A stretch of 64,000 nucleotides of DNA from a bacterium (lineage in GTDB: Bacteria; Myxococcota_A; UBA9160; UBA6930), in contig JAAETT010000054.1 of NCBI GenBank assembly GCA_024228115.1, positions 12,793 through 76,792 on the forward strand, read 5' to 3'. A program made the position numbers and the translations under genes. The notes under the pieces are model-generated. The model was not told the DNA's origin, ran no database searches, and was given only the letters and a program-made list of their open reading frames with translations. Position 1 is the first letter of the stretch, and each line of letters opens with the position of its first letter. Positions 9,134 to 18,340 of this stretch are shown here, piece after piece.

Positions 9134-9526
9134 TCACCTGGCCTCACCTGTCACGGCGATGCGCCGCAGGATGAGCAATCTGGAGAGCACGGCCGCCTGG
9201 TCCTGGAAAGCGCCGGAATTGCGGTTCAGGGCGATCAGCTCGCTGTCGAGCTCGACACCGTTGCCATCCGGGCGCGATCCCCGCGGACCACGAGTAACCC
9301 GGTAGTCGGCATTCGAACCCGAGCCTCCCGTACCAAGATGCTTGGGATCGGTCCGTTCGAGCTTGGCCGCGGCATCGGCCAGGGCTGATTTGAATTCGAG
9401 ATCCACGCGCCGATATCCCGGCGTGTCTGCATTGGCGATGTTTCCCGCCAATGCTGCCTGACGCGCGAGTCGGAAGCGCATTGCGTCTTCCAACTGCGGC
9501 ATGGCTCCTTTCACCGGCCCGGGCAT
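9134..9526 (-). CDS. flgB: Flagellar basal-body rod protein FlgB (start trimmed from the 171-aa ORF)
   Basis: ...RFRLARQAALAGNIANADTPGYRRVDLEF... The start was moved to ATG 9526, preceded by GGGAGGAG (ATG 9502 is also possible). The longer ORF would contain the sigma-54 promoter at 9570-9585. Confidence 0.88.
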   Translation of the reverse strand: MPGPVKGAMPQLEDAMRFRLARQAALAGNIANADTPGYRRVDLEFKSALADAAAKLERTDPKHLGTGGSGSNADYRVTRGPRGSRPDGNGVELDSELIALNRNSGAFQDQAAVLSRLLILRRIAVTGEAR

Positions 9527-9569
9527 GGTCTCCTCCCGTCCCCACATGGGGATCGTCGGAGGAGACCAG

Positions 9570-9585
9570 TGCAAAGGGAGTGCCA
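9570..9585 (-). promoter_or_regulatory. Sigma-54 promoter upstream of flgB (TGGCAC-TCCCT-TTGCA)
   Basis: The minus strand reads TGGCACTCCCTTTGCA, matching every specified position of the -24/-12 core (TGGCAC-N5-TTGC). It lies about 45 nt upstream of the preferred flgB ATG. Confidence 0.7.
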
Positions 9586-9654
9586 CCGCGAGATCGCCCC
9601 TCCGACGAGCAGCGCACGTTTCGGCCCGGAAAAGCCTCCCGCGTTGCATCGTTG

Positions 9655-9670
9655 CGTTTCAGCCTGAACT
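9655..9670. promoter_or_regulatory. Candidate enhancer site E (CGTTTCA-GCC-TGAACT)
   Basis: Member of the recurrent yGTTTCA-N3-yGAAmk motif. Its centre is about 78 nt upstream of the flgB -24 GG, in the activator-flgB spacer. Confidence 0.5.
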
Positions 9671-9707
9671 GCAGGTGGGAAGTTTCTGCCGCCTGCGAAG
9701 TGCGGGT

Positions 9708-11000
9708 TCAGGCGAGTTCGTAGAGGCGAATCTTGTTGCGCAGCGTGCGCACGCTGATTCCGAGGGCCCGAGACGCCATGGTGCGATTGCCGTCGGTGAC
9801 CTCGAGAGAACGAATCACCGCAGCGCGCTCGAGTTCGCGAAGATTGAGAGAGCGCAGCTTCGGAGTCAGGGAATCCCCCGAGCTCCCGCTCGGTGAAATC
9901 AACGGATCCAGATCGATGGAACGCCCCGGATAGAGCAGAGCGGCCCGGCGCATCAGGTTTTCGAGCTCGCGGACGTTGCCGCGAAACGGACGAGAGGAAA
10001 GATCGGCAAGGGCCGCATCCTCGAGCCGTGCGGGCTCGCTGCCCGAGCTGGCAGCGAAGCGATCCAGAAACGATTGCGCGAGCAACGCAATATCCCCAGG
10101 GCGTTCGCGCAGCGGAGGAATCCTCAAGGTGACGACATCGAGCCGGTAGTACAGATCCGCCCGGAAGCGACGACTCGAGACCTCCCGTTCCAAATCTCGC
10201 TGAGTGGTCGCGATGACCCGGATATCGAGTGCCTGCGGCTTGCGTCCTCCGAGCGGGATCACCTCCCGTTCCTGCAGCGCACGCAGGAGTTTGGGTTGAA
10301 GGTCGAGCCGCAGGTCGGCGACTTCATCGAGGACCAGGGTTCCCCCGTTGGCCGCCGCCAGCTGGCCCACCCTGGATTCGACCGCACCGGAGAACGCACC
10401 CTGGGCGTGCCCGAACAGCTCGCTCTCCGCCAAGGTTGGCGTCAGCCCGGCGCAACTCATCACCACGAACGGTCCGCGACGGCGGGAACTCCCATCGTGG
10501 ACCCAACGTGCGAGAAGTTCTTTGCCCGTACCAGATTCGCCCACCAGACGAATCGTTGCCTCACTGGTCGCCACGCGGCGCAGCTGCTCCAACAATGCCC
10601 GCATGCGGGGGTCCTGGGTCAGGAAGGTCCCATCCGATGGACCATCGTGCTCCCTCCGCAAGACCTGGGCCAACGCCCGCTCCAACGAGGACACGTCGAA
10701 GGGCATGCGCAGGTAGTCGGCTGCGCCAACGCGGAATGCATCGACGACCAGGTCGACCCCCGGACGCCCACCCACGGCAACCACCCCGACATCCGGCGCG
10801 CTACGCCTGAGTTCTTCGACCAGGTGGAGGTCTGCATGACAGCTCACTTCGATGAGGGAAGCATCGATGTCACCTTCCGCTGCTCGCGCCAGCAGCACTT
10901 CATCGTCAGCACCTTCTTCTGCCGAGTAGCCGGCAGCGCGAGCAACCGCCAGCACATCCCGGCGCAGGCCTTCGTCGCGTAGACGCGCGAGCACCCTCAC
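9708..11000 (-). CDS. Sigma-54-dependent transcriptional activator (NtrC/FlbD-like) with a degenerate receiver domain
   Basis: AAA+ core VGESGTGKELLARWVH..., the sigma-54 contact loop ESELFGHAQGAFSGA, and a C-terminal Fis-type HTH (NRTMASRALGISVRTLRNKI). The start is set at GTG 11000, overlapping the upstream TGA (GTGA). By eye, the receiver has E at the phospho-Asp position (SLIEVS) and M at the conserved Lys (YLRMPFD). Confidence 0.88.
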   Translation of the reverse strand: MRVLARLRDEGLRRDVLAVARAAGYSAEEGADDEVLLARAAEGDIDASLIEVSCHADLHLVEELRRSAPDVGVVAVGGRPGVDLVVDAFRVGAADYLRMPFDVSSLERALAQVLRREHDGPSDGTFLTQDPRMRALLEQLRRVATSEATIRLVGESGTGKELLARWVHDGSSRRRGPFVVMSCAGLTPTLAESELFGHAQGAFSGAVESRVGQLAAANGGTLVLDEVADLRLDLQPKLLRALQEREVIPLGGRKPQALDIRVIATTQRDLEREVSSRRFRADLYYRLDVVTLRIPPLRERPGDIALLAQSFLDRFAASSGSEPARLEDAALADLSSRPFRGNVRELENLMRRAALLYPGRSIDLDPLISPSGSSGDSLTPKLRSLNLRELERAAVIRSLEVTDGNRTMASRALGISVRTLRNKIRLYELA

Positions 11001-11584
11001 GTGGCTTCTCCCGCGGAGAGCCAGAACACGGCGCCACTGGCGGTACTCTCCGCCTCGGTGCCACATAGAAGGGCAAGCGGTTGGAGCCGACGCAAGGCGT
11101 CCGCTGCGTTCAGATCACCCGTGATCGGCAGCTGCCAGCGTGCTTCGACACCCCAACGTCCTTTGCCGGGAACGAGCCCGACTTCGAGAGGGCCCGGCTG
11201 TGCGTGCTCGGCTGCGGCTCCGGTGAGCGCGATGACCGCTCGACGAAGCACGGCAGGATCGAGCGGTGGAGAATCTTGTGGGCTTTCCACGCGTAGATCC
11301 AGGCCTCGCGCTGCAAGCACCGGGCGAAGACGCGCTGCCACCTCTTCGAGCACGGGCGCGGATGGGCAATCACGGGGCGGACCGGGCGGAGCCAGCACAC
11401 GGAGAGCGAGCTCCAGCTGCCGATCGATCGTCGCCACAGCGTCCCGAATGGTGCAAGCAAGCTCGGCGGTGCGGGGCGTCCTGTCCTCCCGATCGAGTCG
11501 GCTGGCCGCAAGCTCGACACGCGACAACGGTGCGCGGATTTCAAGGATGGCGGAGGCCAGCTCAGCGTCGCGGGTTGCGCTCAC
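10997..11584 (-). CDS. Small histidine-kinase-like protein lacking the phospho-accepting His (pseudokinase candidate)
   Basis: The H-box-like block reads AILEIRAPLSRV, where kinases have sHELRTPL (His replaced by Leu). A DHp-like helix pair follows, then a short degenerate ATPase-like tail with no recognisable G1/G2 boxes. It is translationally coupled on both sides (ATGA upstream, GTGA downstream). Confidence 0.5.
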   Translation of the reverse strand: MSATRDAELASAILEIRAPLSRVELAASRLDREDRTPRTAELACTIRDAVATIDRQLELALRVLAPPGPPRDCPSAPVLEEVAARLRPVLAARGLDLRVESPQDSPPLDPAVLRRAVIALTGAAAEHAQPGPLEVGLVPGKGRWGVEARWQLPITGDLNAADALRRLQPLALLCGTEAESTASGAVFWLSAGEAT

Positions 11585-13728
11585 GGCGTCGCCTCTCCGC
11601 CGGGCAGGAGGGCTCGGCGTGTGGCGGAGAACCCTGGGGCCCCGATCTCTTGCCGCAGCTCGAAGGCTCGTAGCTCGAGCGTCGCCAATCGACTCCAGTG
11701 ATCTGCGCCGGCGGTGGGAACCGCGGCTCGTTCGAATTCACGGCGGCGCTGCCGGTCCTTGCTCAATCGGGCCCTTTGAAATCTGGCCCGCGCGCGCCTG
11801 GATCCATCGGGAAGAGACTCGGCCGCGAGACCGTAGTAGTAGTGGGCGCGCCCAAGCTCGCCGGCATCGGCCAATCGATCCGCCAGCACCAACGCGACGC
11901 CAGCTCGGACGGAAACCTCCGAGTCATCTGCTTTCGGGTCGGGGTCGAGCTGCCAGCGCGAGGTCTCGTCCTCGAGGAGCATCATGGCATCCTCACCCGC
12001 AACTCCTCTTGCGACCAGCTCCGCCAGCCAGCCAAGGGCGCGCAGAGGTGCGTCTCCCTGCTGGACGATCGGAAGCAGGAGTTCGGCGGCTGCCTCATCT
12101 CGCCCCTCGCGCAATGCCAGCTCGGCCTCGAAGAGCGACCAGCTATCGCCGGCCAGACCGCCAGCCGGGACGTCTTCGGATTCGCCTCCTCGAAGATGGG
12201 CGCGGAGTGCAGCTCGTACCGCTGGAAGATCACCTGCACCGAGGGAAGCCCGAGCGAGCCGAAGCGTGAGCCGTGTTGCGAGCTCCGGACCAAATGCGCG
12301 CGTGACAGCGCGATAGCTGGCCAATGCGGGCACCGGCATTCCAAGCGCGAGATAACAATCCGCCAGAGCCACGAAGGGCTCACTCACACGGGCTTGACGC
12401 AGCAGCAGCTCCCGTCTGCCCCCCAACCGGCGGACGGTGGTTGGGCAATGGGATTCGACTGCCGCGAGCAGCGCCGCATCCAGATCATCTCGATGGGTTG
12501 GTGCGAGCTCGTCGTCCGCATCTTCATAGGCGAGCCGTGCGTAGGTTTCCAACGCCTGATCGATCTCGCCTGATTGCACCTGGCGATGGAGAATCAACGC
12601 TCGAGCATGAATCGAAAGCCCCCGCTCGGGGGATCCAGCTGCTTCTCGCAGCACTTCCAACCGGTCTGCCTCCGTAGCCTCGCCCAGCTGGTGATCGGCA
12701 ATGCGAACTCTTGCCAGACGACGAACGTCCCGATCCGAGTGGACATCCGCTACCCGCTCGAGAGCGATCAGGGCATCACTGCCGCGGCCGCGTGCGACCA
12801 GGACATCCGCCTTGCGAATCACCGCAAGACCGGTCGCCAGTTCATCGCCTTCCAGATCTGCTGCCCGGGAAATATGCACGAGAGCACGACGTGAATCTCC
12901 AGCACGAAGAGCAGATTCCGTCGCGACGCGATCAAAGGCCCGCAGATCCAGATCCAGCGAGCGAGCCTCTTCGAAACGAGTGCGGAAACGCAGCCAGCCA
13001 ACCCGGGCGGGCAGCTCGTCCCCCATGCCTGCAACCAGGCGCAAGCGGGCTGCGGCGGCCAGGCGGTCGACCGTCGCGTCGGCAAGGGACTCATAGAGCG
13101 AACGTGATTCCTCGTTGCGCCTGGCGAGGAGCATCGCCTCAGCACGCAGGAACCGTGCGGCTTCCGCGCGGTCGGCGGGGAGTTCAGCACCTTCGCCCTC
13201 CCGGAGTGCCCGAAGGGCCGATGCGCTCGCTTCGGGTGCCCGGTGATTGTGCAGCTCGGCACGGCCGCGTTCGAGAAAAGCGCAGACACGAGCTTCGCTG
13301 CTCCCACCGCGACCGAGGGCCTGGTCGATAACGTGGATCGCTTCCGTCCGCCGAAGCCTCGTATCGGCGACCCGGGCGCTGACGACGGCCAGCCACAAGC
13401 GCAGTTCCGGATTCAGGCGCTCGCCTTCCTTGCGTCTCGTTTCTTCGGCCAGCTCGAGAACCCGACGCACGGCCGATTCTGAGCCGCCGCGCAGGAATGG
13501 CAGAACGGGAAGAAGGGTTGCCGGCGGCTCCTTGGGCAGACAAGGCCCGAGAGCGTCGAGCACGGGCAGCCAAGCCCGACGCGCCGAGAAGATTCGAAAC
13601 GGATCCGGAGGAACCTCGATGGCTTCGGGCGGCATCGTCTCGGCCTCGGACTCCGCGAAACCTGTTCGGCCCGGAACGATGAGCGTCAAGACTGCGCCGA
13701 CCAGGAGAATCGGGATCCGGTGGGTCAC
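11581..13728 (-). CDS. Large secreted all-alpha / TPR-like repeat protein, function unknown
   Basis: The start is set at GTG 13728, overlapping the pilZ stop (GTGA). N-terminal signal-like segment IPILLVGAVLTLIVPGRTGFAES, then about 690 aa of Ala/Leu/Arg-rich helical repeats. Confidence 0.6.
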   Translation of the reverse strand: MTHRIPILLVGAVLTLIVPGRTGFAESEAETMPPEAIEVPPDPFRIFSARRAWLPVLDALGPCLPKEPPATLLPVLPFLRGGSESAVRRVLELAEETRRKEGERLNPELRLWLAVVSARVADTRLRRTEAIHVIDQALGRGGSSEARVCAFLERGRAELHNHRAPEASASALRALREGEGAELPADRAEAARFLRAEAMLLARRNEESRSLYESLADATVDRLAAAARLRLVAGMGDELPARVGWLRFRTRFEEARSLDLDLRAFDRVATESALRAGDSRRALVHISRAADLEGDELATGLAVIRKADVLVARGRGSDALIALERVADVHSDRDVRRLARVRIADHQLGEATEADRLEVLREAAGSPERGLSIHARALILHRQVQSGEIDQALETYARLAYEDADDELAPTHRDDLDAALLAAVESHCPTTVRRLGGRRELLLRQARVSEPFVALADCYLALGMPVPALASYRAVTRAFGPELATRLTLRLARASLGAGDLPAVRAALRAHLRGGESEDVPAGGLAGDSWSLFEAELALREGRDEAAAELLLPIVQQGDAPLRALGWLAELVARGVAGEDAMMLLEDETSRWQLDPDPKADDSEVSVRAGVALVLADRLADAGELGRAHYYYGLAAESLPDGSRRARARFQRARLSKDRQRRREFERAAVPTAGADHWSRLATLELRAFELRQEIGAPGFSATRRALLPGGEATP

Positions 13729-14264
13729 TCGTCTCTCATCGCCCGCTGACGAAGCTCCGAGCGTTGGATCTCCAGCACGTGGGCAATCACCGCATCCCGA
13801 TCGCACTCGGCGATGACCCGAAACCCTGTTGCGATGGTTACGGACTTTCCCTCCGCTTCACATTCCGCGACCCGCCCAATGCTCAGAACCGTATGATTGG
13901 GTGTGCCGGGGATCGTAATCTCCATCAGTACGTCGCTGTCGAGGGCGACTTCCTCGCAGACAGGAAATCGGATCCCGGAACCGGAGAGGGTCACCTCGAG
14001 CGCCCCCTCGGAGGTCATCCAGGATTCTTCTTCGGTCTCGAAGCGGGCGAGAATCCGATCGAGCTTGGTCTCCACCCGGTCGAGCCACTCTGCGAGGCCC
14101 GGATCGACTCTCGAGACATCAGGCGCTTCGCGGGTTTGAATCTCAGATGTCAGACCCGCAATCTCGGAAGGAATCACCCGCCGGCAGCGCACGGGTAGAA
14201 AGGTGGAGACACGGTAGTAGGAACGCTGGTCCGCACCGCTGTACGACGTGTTGGGGACGTTCAA
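13725..14264 (-). CDS. PilZ-domain protein (c-di-GMP receptor)
   Basis: RxxxR motif (QRSYYRV) and a DxSxxG-like motif (TLSGSGIRF). TTG start with AGGAGG 8 nt upstream. First gene behind a consensus sigma-54 promoter. Confidence 0.8.
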   Translation of the reverse strand: MNVPNTSYSGADQRSYYRVSTFLPVRCRRVIPSEIAGLTSEIQTREAPDVSRVDPGLAEWLDRVETKLDRILARFETEEESWMTSEGALEVTLSGSGIRFPVCEEVALDSDVLMEITIPGTPNHTVLSIGRVAECEAEGKSVTIATGFRVIAECDRDAVIAHVLEIQRSELRQRAMRDE

Positions 14265-14297
14265 GAGACGATCCTCCTCGCTTCTACGAAGATCATC

Positions 14298-14313
14298 AGC
14301 AAATGACGTGCCA
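14298..14313 (-). promoter_or_regulatory. Sigma-54 promoter upstream of pilZ (TGGCACG-TCAT-TTGCT)
   Basis: The minus strand reads TGGCACGTCATTTGCT, matching every specified position of the extended consensus TGGCACG-N4-TTGCW. About 35 nt upstream of the pilZ TTG start. Confidence 0.75.
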
Positions 14314-14350
14314 GCCTGGTAGGCAAGGGGGGGACGTCCTGCGCCTCCGT

Positions 14351-14366
14351 TGTTTCATCTTGCAAG
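14351..14366. promoter_or_regulatory. Candidate enhancer site F (TGTTTCA-TCT-TGCAAG)
   Basis: Motif family member. Its centre is about 46 nt upstream of the pilZ -24 GG. Confidence 0.35.
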
Positions 14367-14474
14367 TTCGCCCATTTCATGTGCGAGCAATTGAAGCGGG
14401 TTGCGGGAACAACCACATGTGTTCTGCGACTTCCTGTAAAGCTTCGGCGGAAACACACCGACGTGTGAGAAGCC

Positions 14475-15317
14475 ATGGCTCGAAGTTCCGAATCCATACG
14501 AAGAGAGCTCGAACGCCGCTACGACGCGGGGAAGATCGAACTTCCCCTGCTTCCCGAAATCGCCCAGCAAGTCATGGAAACGGCTTCGAATCCGTTGACG
14601 GCTTCCGCCGACCTGGCAACGCTCGTACACAGCGATCAGGGCCTTGCGGCAGAAATCCTGAAAGACGCGAATTCCGCGATGCAAGCGGGCCGAGTCGCCA
14701 TCGTGTCCCTTCAGCAGGCCATCTCGCGGCTCGGCATTCAGCGCGTCGTGGAGCTCGCTGTCGCGGCGAGCGTGAGAGATGGTGTGTTCTCGGTGCCGGG
14801 CTTTCAGCAGGAACTCCGGGGGCTCTGGCGTCGCTCTCTCGGCACTGGCCTGTTCGCGAAGGAAGTGGCCCGGGCGTTACGCGAAGATGTCGAGGCCGCC
14901 TTCCTTTCTGGCCTTCTGCGAAACGTCGGCACCGCGCTCCTGATCCGTGCCCTGGCGCGTATTTGTCGTGTGAACGAACCGAACATGCGTCCCGAAGAAT
15001 TCCTGGAGCTGGACGCTGCTTTTCGCGTGCGCCTGGGACTCGATGCCGCCGAGAGCTGGGGCCTTCCTGAGCACGTTCGTGATGCCATCACGTTCGATGG
15101 ATCGGTACCACCGGAAACCGGTACGACTCATGCGAAGCTCGTCCTTCTGGCCGAGCGACTCTTCGACCTGATCGATGCCGACGATGAGAACGCTTCGAAG
15201 GAAGAGGCTCTTCGCGATGATCCGATCCTCGACGTCCTGGGAATCTACCCTGAAGACCTCGATGCTCTCCTCGAAGTGGGCAACACGGTGCGGGAGATGC
15301 TGGAGACCGGCGAGTGA
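14475..15317 (+). CDS. HDOD-domain signalling protein
   Basis: LPLLPEIAQQVMETASNPLTASADLATLVHSDQGLAAEILKDANSA... is the HDOD N-terminal pattern. Confidence 0.85.
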   Translation: MARSSESIRRELERRYDAGKIELPLLPEIAQQVMETASNPLTASADLATLVHSDQGLAAEILKDANSAMQAGRVAIVSLQQAISRLGIQRVVELAVAASVRDGVFSVPGFQQELRGLWRRSLGTGLFAKEVARALREDVEAAFLSGLLRNVGTALLIRALARICRVNEPNMRPEEFLELDAAFRVRLGLDAAESWGLPEHVRDAITFDGSVPPETGTTHAKLVLLAERLFDLIDADDENASKEEALRDDPILDVLGIYPEDLDALLEVGNTVREMLETGE

Positions 15318-16714
15318 GCGAACGCAGGACGGTCGAGATTCTCGTCATCGGAGGCGGGCCGGGTGGGCAGAAAGCGGCCGTTGCCGCCGCCAAGGCGGGG
15401 AAACACGTCGCGCTGGTTGAATCGGGAAGAGATATCGGCGGCGCCTGCGTCCACACCGGGACCATCCCCAGCAAAGCATTGCGCCAGCTCGCGGTCGAAG
15501 CCCGCGGTGGTGCCGACACAGCCGGAGAGGTCGACGATGGCCAACGGGCCCTTCCCCTGGCGGAACTGAAGGCCCGTGTCGAAGCCGTGCGGACGGGTCA
15601 TAGCCGGTTCATGCGGGCCCAGTTGGAACGCAACGGAATCGAGATCGCGCACGGCCGAGGACGATTCGAATCCGATCATGTCGTTTCGGTCACGACGCCA
15701 AGGGGCGCCGTCACGGAATACGAAGCAGAGAGCATCGTCATCGCGACCGGCTCGCGCCCGCGTGAACCCGATGAATTCTCGGTCGATCACGAACACGTCC
15801 TCGACAGCGATTCGATCCTTTCGCTCAGCTACGTCCCCGAGAGTCTGATCGTGCTGGGCGGGGGGGTCATCGCCTGCGAGTACGCCTCGGTCTTCTTGAC
15901 GCTCGGTAGCCGCGTCACGATCGTCGACCAAGCGCCCAGGCCCATGGCATTCCTCGACCCGGAGCTTTCCGTGGGCTTCATCGAAGCCTTCGAACGCCGG
16001 GGGGGAACCTACGTATCCGAGGCTCAGGCGACGGGAATCGAATGGGACGGGTTCTCTCGCAACATGGTCACGCTAGGGGATGGCAGCTTCCACGAAGCCT
16101 CGAAGGTCCTGGTGGCGCTGGGGCGGGTCGGTTGTCTTCCCGAACTCGACCTCGAACGAGCCGGCCTCGAGGCGAGTTCACGCGGCCTGCTCGAGGTGAA
16201 CGAGAATCTGCAGACCCGCGTGCCCCACATCTATGCCGTTGGCGACGTCATCGGCCCGCCGGCCCTGGCCACGACAGCGATGGAGCAGGGACGTCGCGCC
16301 GCGACCCACGCCGCAGGCGGCCAGATCGTCGAACAGGATGCGGCGCTGCCGGTCGGGATCTACACGATCCCCGATATGGCCACAGTGGGCCTCACCCAAG
16401 CGGAAGCGGAAGAGCGGGGAATCGACACCGTCGCTGGCCGCGCGCGATTCGACGAGGTCGCACGGGCGCTCATCAACCACCGCACAGAAGGCTGGCTCAA
16501 GCTCGTCGCGGATCGACACAGCGGCCGACTCCTCGGTGTGCAGATCCTTGGCGAGAACGCGACTGATCTCATTCACGTGGGGCAGGTCGCCATTCACGCC
16601 AGATGGAACGCGGACGACTTCGTCGAAAACGTGTTCAATTTCCCGACACTCACCGAAGCCTACAGGGTGGCTGCGCTCGCAGTCCTTGGTGAGCTAGGCG
16701 CCCTCAAAGCGTAG
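15314..16714 (+). CDS. sthA: Soluble pyridine nucleotide transhydrogenase-like flavoprotein (SthA family)
   Basis: FAD fold VIGGGPGG. GGACVHTGTIPSKAL has a single Cys then Thr, as in SthA, rather than the CxxxxC of lipoamide dehydrogenase. NAD fold and dimerisation domain are present. GTG start overlaps the HDOD stop (GTGA). Confidence 0.8.
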   Translation: MSERRTVEILVIGGGPGGQKAAVAAAKAGKHVALVESGRDIGGACVHTGTIPSKALRQLAVEARGGADTAGEVDDGQRALPLAELKARVEAVRTGHSRFMRAQLERNGIEIAHGRGRFESDHVVSVTTPRGAVTEYEAESIVIATGSRPREPDEFSVDHEHVLDSDSILSLSYVPESLIVLGGGVIACEYASVFLTLGSRVTIVDQAPRPMAFLDPELSVGFIEAFERRGGTYVSEAQATGIEWDGFSRNMVTLGDGSFHEASKVLVALGRVGCLPELDLERAGLEASSRGLLEVNENLQTRVPHIYAVGDVIGPPALATTAMEQGRRAATHAAGGQIVEQDAALPVGIYTIPDMATVGLTQAEAEERGIDTVAGRARFDEVARALINHRTEGWLKLVADRHSGRLLGVQILGENATDLIHVGQVAIHARWNADDFVENVFNFPTLTEAYRVAALAVLGELGALKA

Positions 16715-16772
16715 GCCCAGCTGACGAAGCTGCGATCACGGCTCATCTCGACGAGGTTCCGGGATCCTATTG

Positions 16773-17915
16773 CTAGGCGTCGGGCTCTTCGTTGGATTCT
16801 TCCCTGTCGGACGTCTTTCCGTCGATGGCGAGGGCGATTCGATCCCGCCCGAGCTCCTTGGCCTGGTACAAGGCGCGGTCGGCCCGATCGAACCAGCTTC
16901 GGGCATCTTCGCCAGATTCCAGCCGTGCAGCGCCGATCGAGACGGAGACCCGGATCGGCTCGTCCTCGCCTTCGCACACTACATCGAGCTCACGAATGGC
17001 GAATAGCAGCCGATCACCGATCTTGTTCGCTGTCTCGAGACTATCCTCGAGGATCACGGCGGAGAATTCATCCCCGCCGTAGCGCGCCAGGAAATCGCCT
17101 TTGCGCCTGAACGTATGGGCCAACGTCGACGCGACCTGACGCAACACCTCGTCGCCAGCGGCATGGCCGTACCGATCGTTGACCCACTTGAAGTGGTCCA
17201 CGTCGATCATGAACAAGATGGCTGGCTGCCCGAGCACCAGTCCGAGACTGACCACCCGGGAGACCTGTTGGTCGAGGCCTGCGCGATTGCAGATCTCGGT
17301 CAAGGCATCGACCTGGAGCTGATCCTTCACCTCGACGAGTTCGCTCGCCATATCGTCGAGTTGGCCTGAGAGCTCGTTGATCTGGCCCTGCTCGCGGAGC
17401 TTGCGGCCCTCGATGCGACTCTGGATCAACGAGATCGATGAGAGGGCCTCGCGCTTCAGTGCCTCGGTATCGTTCGAGTCCACCGCGCGGCGCAGATCGA
17501 GCAGCTTGGAGGCGACTTCACCATCCGTCTGGCGATCTTCGGTGATGGCCCGCCCGAGACTCTCGACGAACTGCCAGATGACCTGGCGAAGGTCTTCCAT
17601 GTTGCGCGTGACGTATTCATGCTCGGCCCTGCGATGCTCGCGGACGAAGCGTCCAAGCCCGGTCCAATCTTTCTTGTTGGCGGGCGGAGCCGATGGATCA
17701 TCCAGCCCTGGCCGGGGCGAGGCGAGTGCGGCGTGGCGAGCCCAGCCCTCGAAATCCTCCTGGATTTCCTCTTCTTCACGCCCTTCCAGCGCAATGGCCA
17801 TCTCACCCCAGACCCGAAGGGCTGCGACGAGCGCGTCTAGCGCGGGATCTTCATCCGTTCCTGCTGCAGACGAGTTCTTCTTCAACGGCGGTCCCACAAG
17901 CGCCTCCTTCGGCAC
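16773..17915 (-). CDS. Diguanylate cyclase (GGDEF) with an N-terminal coiled-coil sensor region
   Basis: GGDEF motif (ARYGGDEFSAVILE) with an upstream RxxD I-site (RKGD). Confidence 0.9.
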   Translation of the reverse strand: MPKEALVGPPLKKNSSAAGTDEDPALDALVAALRVWGEMAIALEGREEEEIQEDFEGWARHAALASPRPGLDDPSAPPANKKDWTGLGRFVREHRRAEHEYVTRNMEDLRQVIWQFVESLGRAITEDRQTDGEVASKLLDLRRAVDSNDTEALKREALSSISLIQSRIEGRKLREQGQINELSGQLDDMASELVEVKDQLQVDALTEICNRAGLDQQVSRVVSLGLVLGQPAILFMIDVDHFKWVNDRYGHAAGDEVLRQVASTLAHTFRRKGDFLARYGGDEFSAVILEDSLETANKIGDRLLFAIRELDVVCEGEDEPIRVSVSIGAARLESGEDARSWFDRADRALYQAKELGRDRIALAIDGKTSDREESNEEPDA

Positions 17916-18340
17916 CTGTTTCGGCTGCTTGGCGTCCGCGGAAGATCGGGCTTTTCCCCGATACTTCGCTCAGGCTCGGAGGGAGAACTCGGGAAACGCG
18001 TCTTCCCGTCGATCTCGGGACTTCCTGCGCCGATCCAGAACCACATCCAAGGGCGCGCCATCGTCTGCGACGGCGCCGAAACGCGCATGAGGACCGGCGT
18101 GAACGCTGCTCTTGCGACGTGCGGATGCCATTCCCAACTCGATGGACGTCCAGGCGACACAGGCGAGACCCGTCAAGAGAATCAGCTCCATGCAAGTGAG
18201 TGCCCGATCCGCCCGAAGAGGTGACGGCTGGGGAGAAGCCTTGAACAGGATCAGTGAAAACCCCCAGGCCCCGGGGGACTTGCTCAAGACCCGGCTGGCC
18301 GTCGACGATGGAATTCATTGGGGAGGGGCGGAGGAAGAGC

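Noticed and set aside
9613-9628. First-pass sigma-54 candidate CGGGCCGAAACGTGCG upstream of flgB
   Set aside because: It has several core mismatches. It is superseded by TGGCACTCCCTTTGCA at 9570-9585, which matches every specified position of the core and is better placed relative to the flgB start.
17970-18190. Possible 73-aa ORF (MELILLTGLACVAWTSIELG...) in the GGDEF / mini-rod divergent region
   Set aside because: No Shine-Dalgarno sequence precedes the ATG, the composition after the hydrophobic start is junk-like, and it is nested in other spurious ORFs. The evidence is insufficient to call it.
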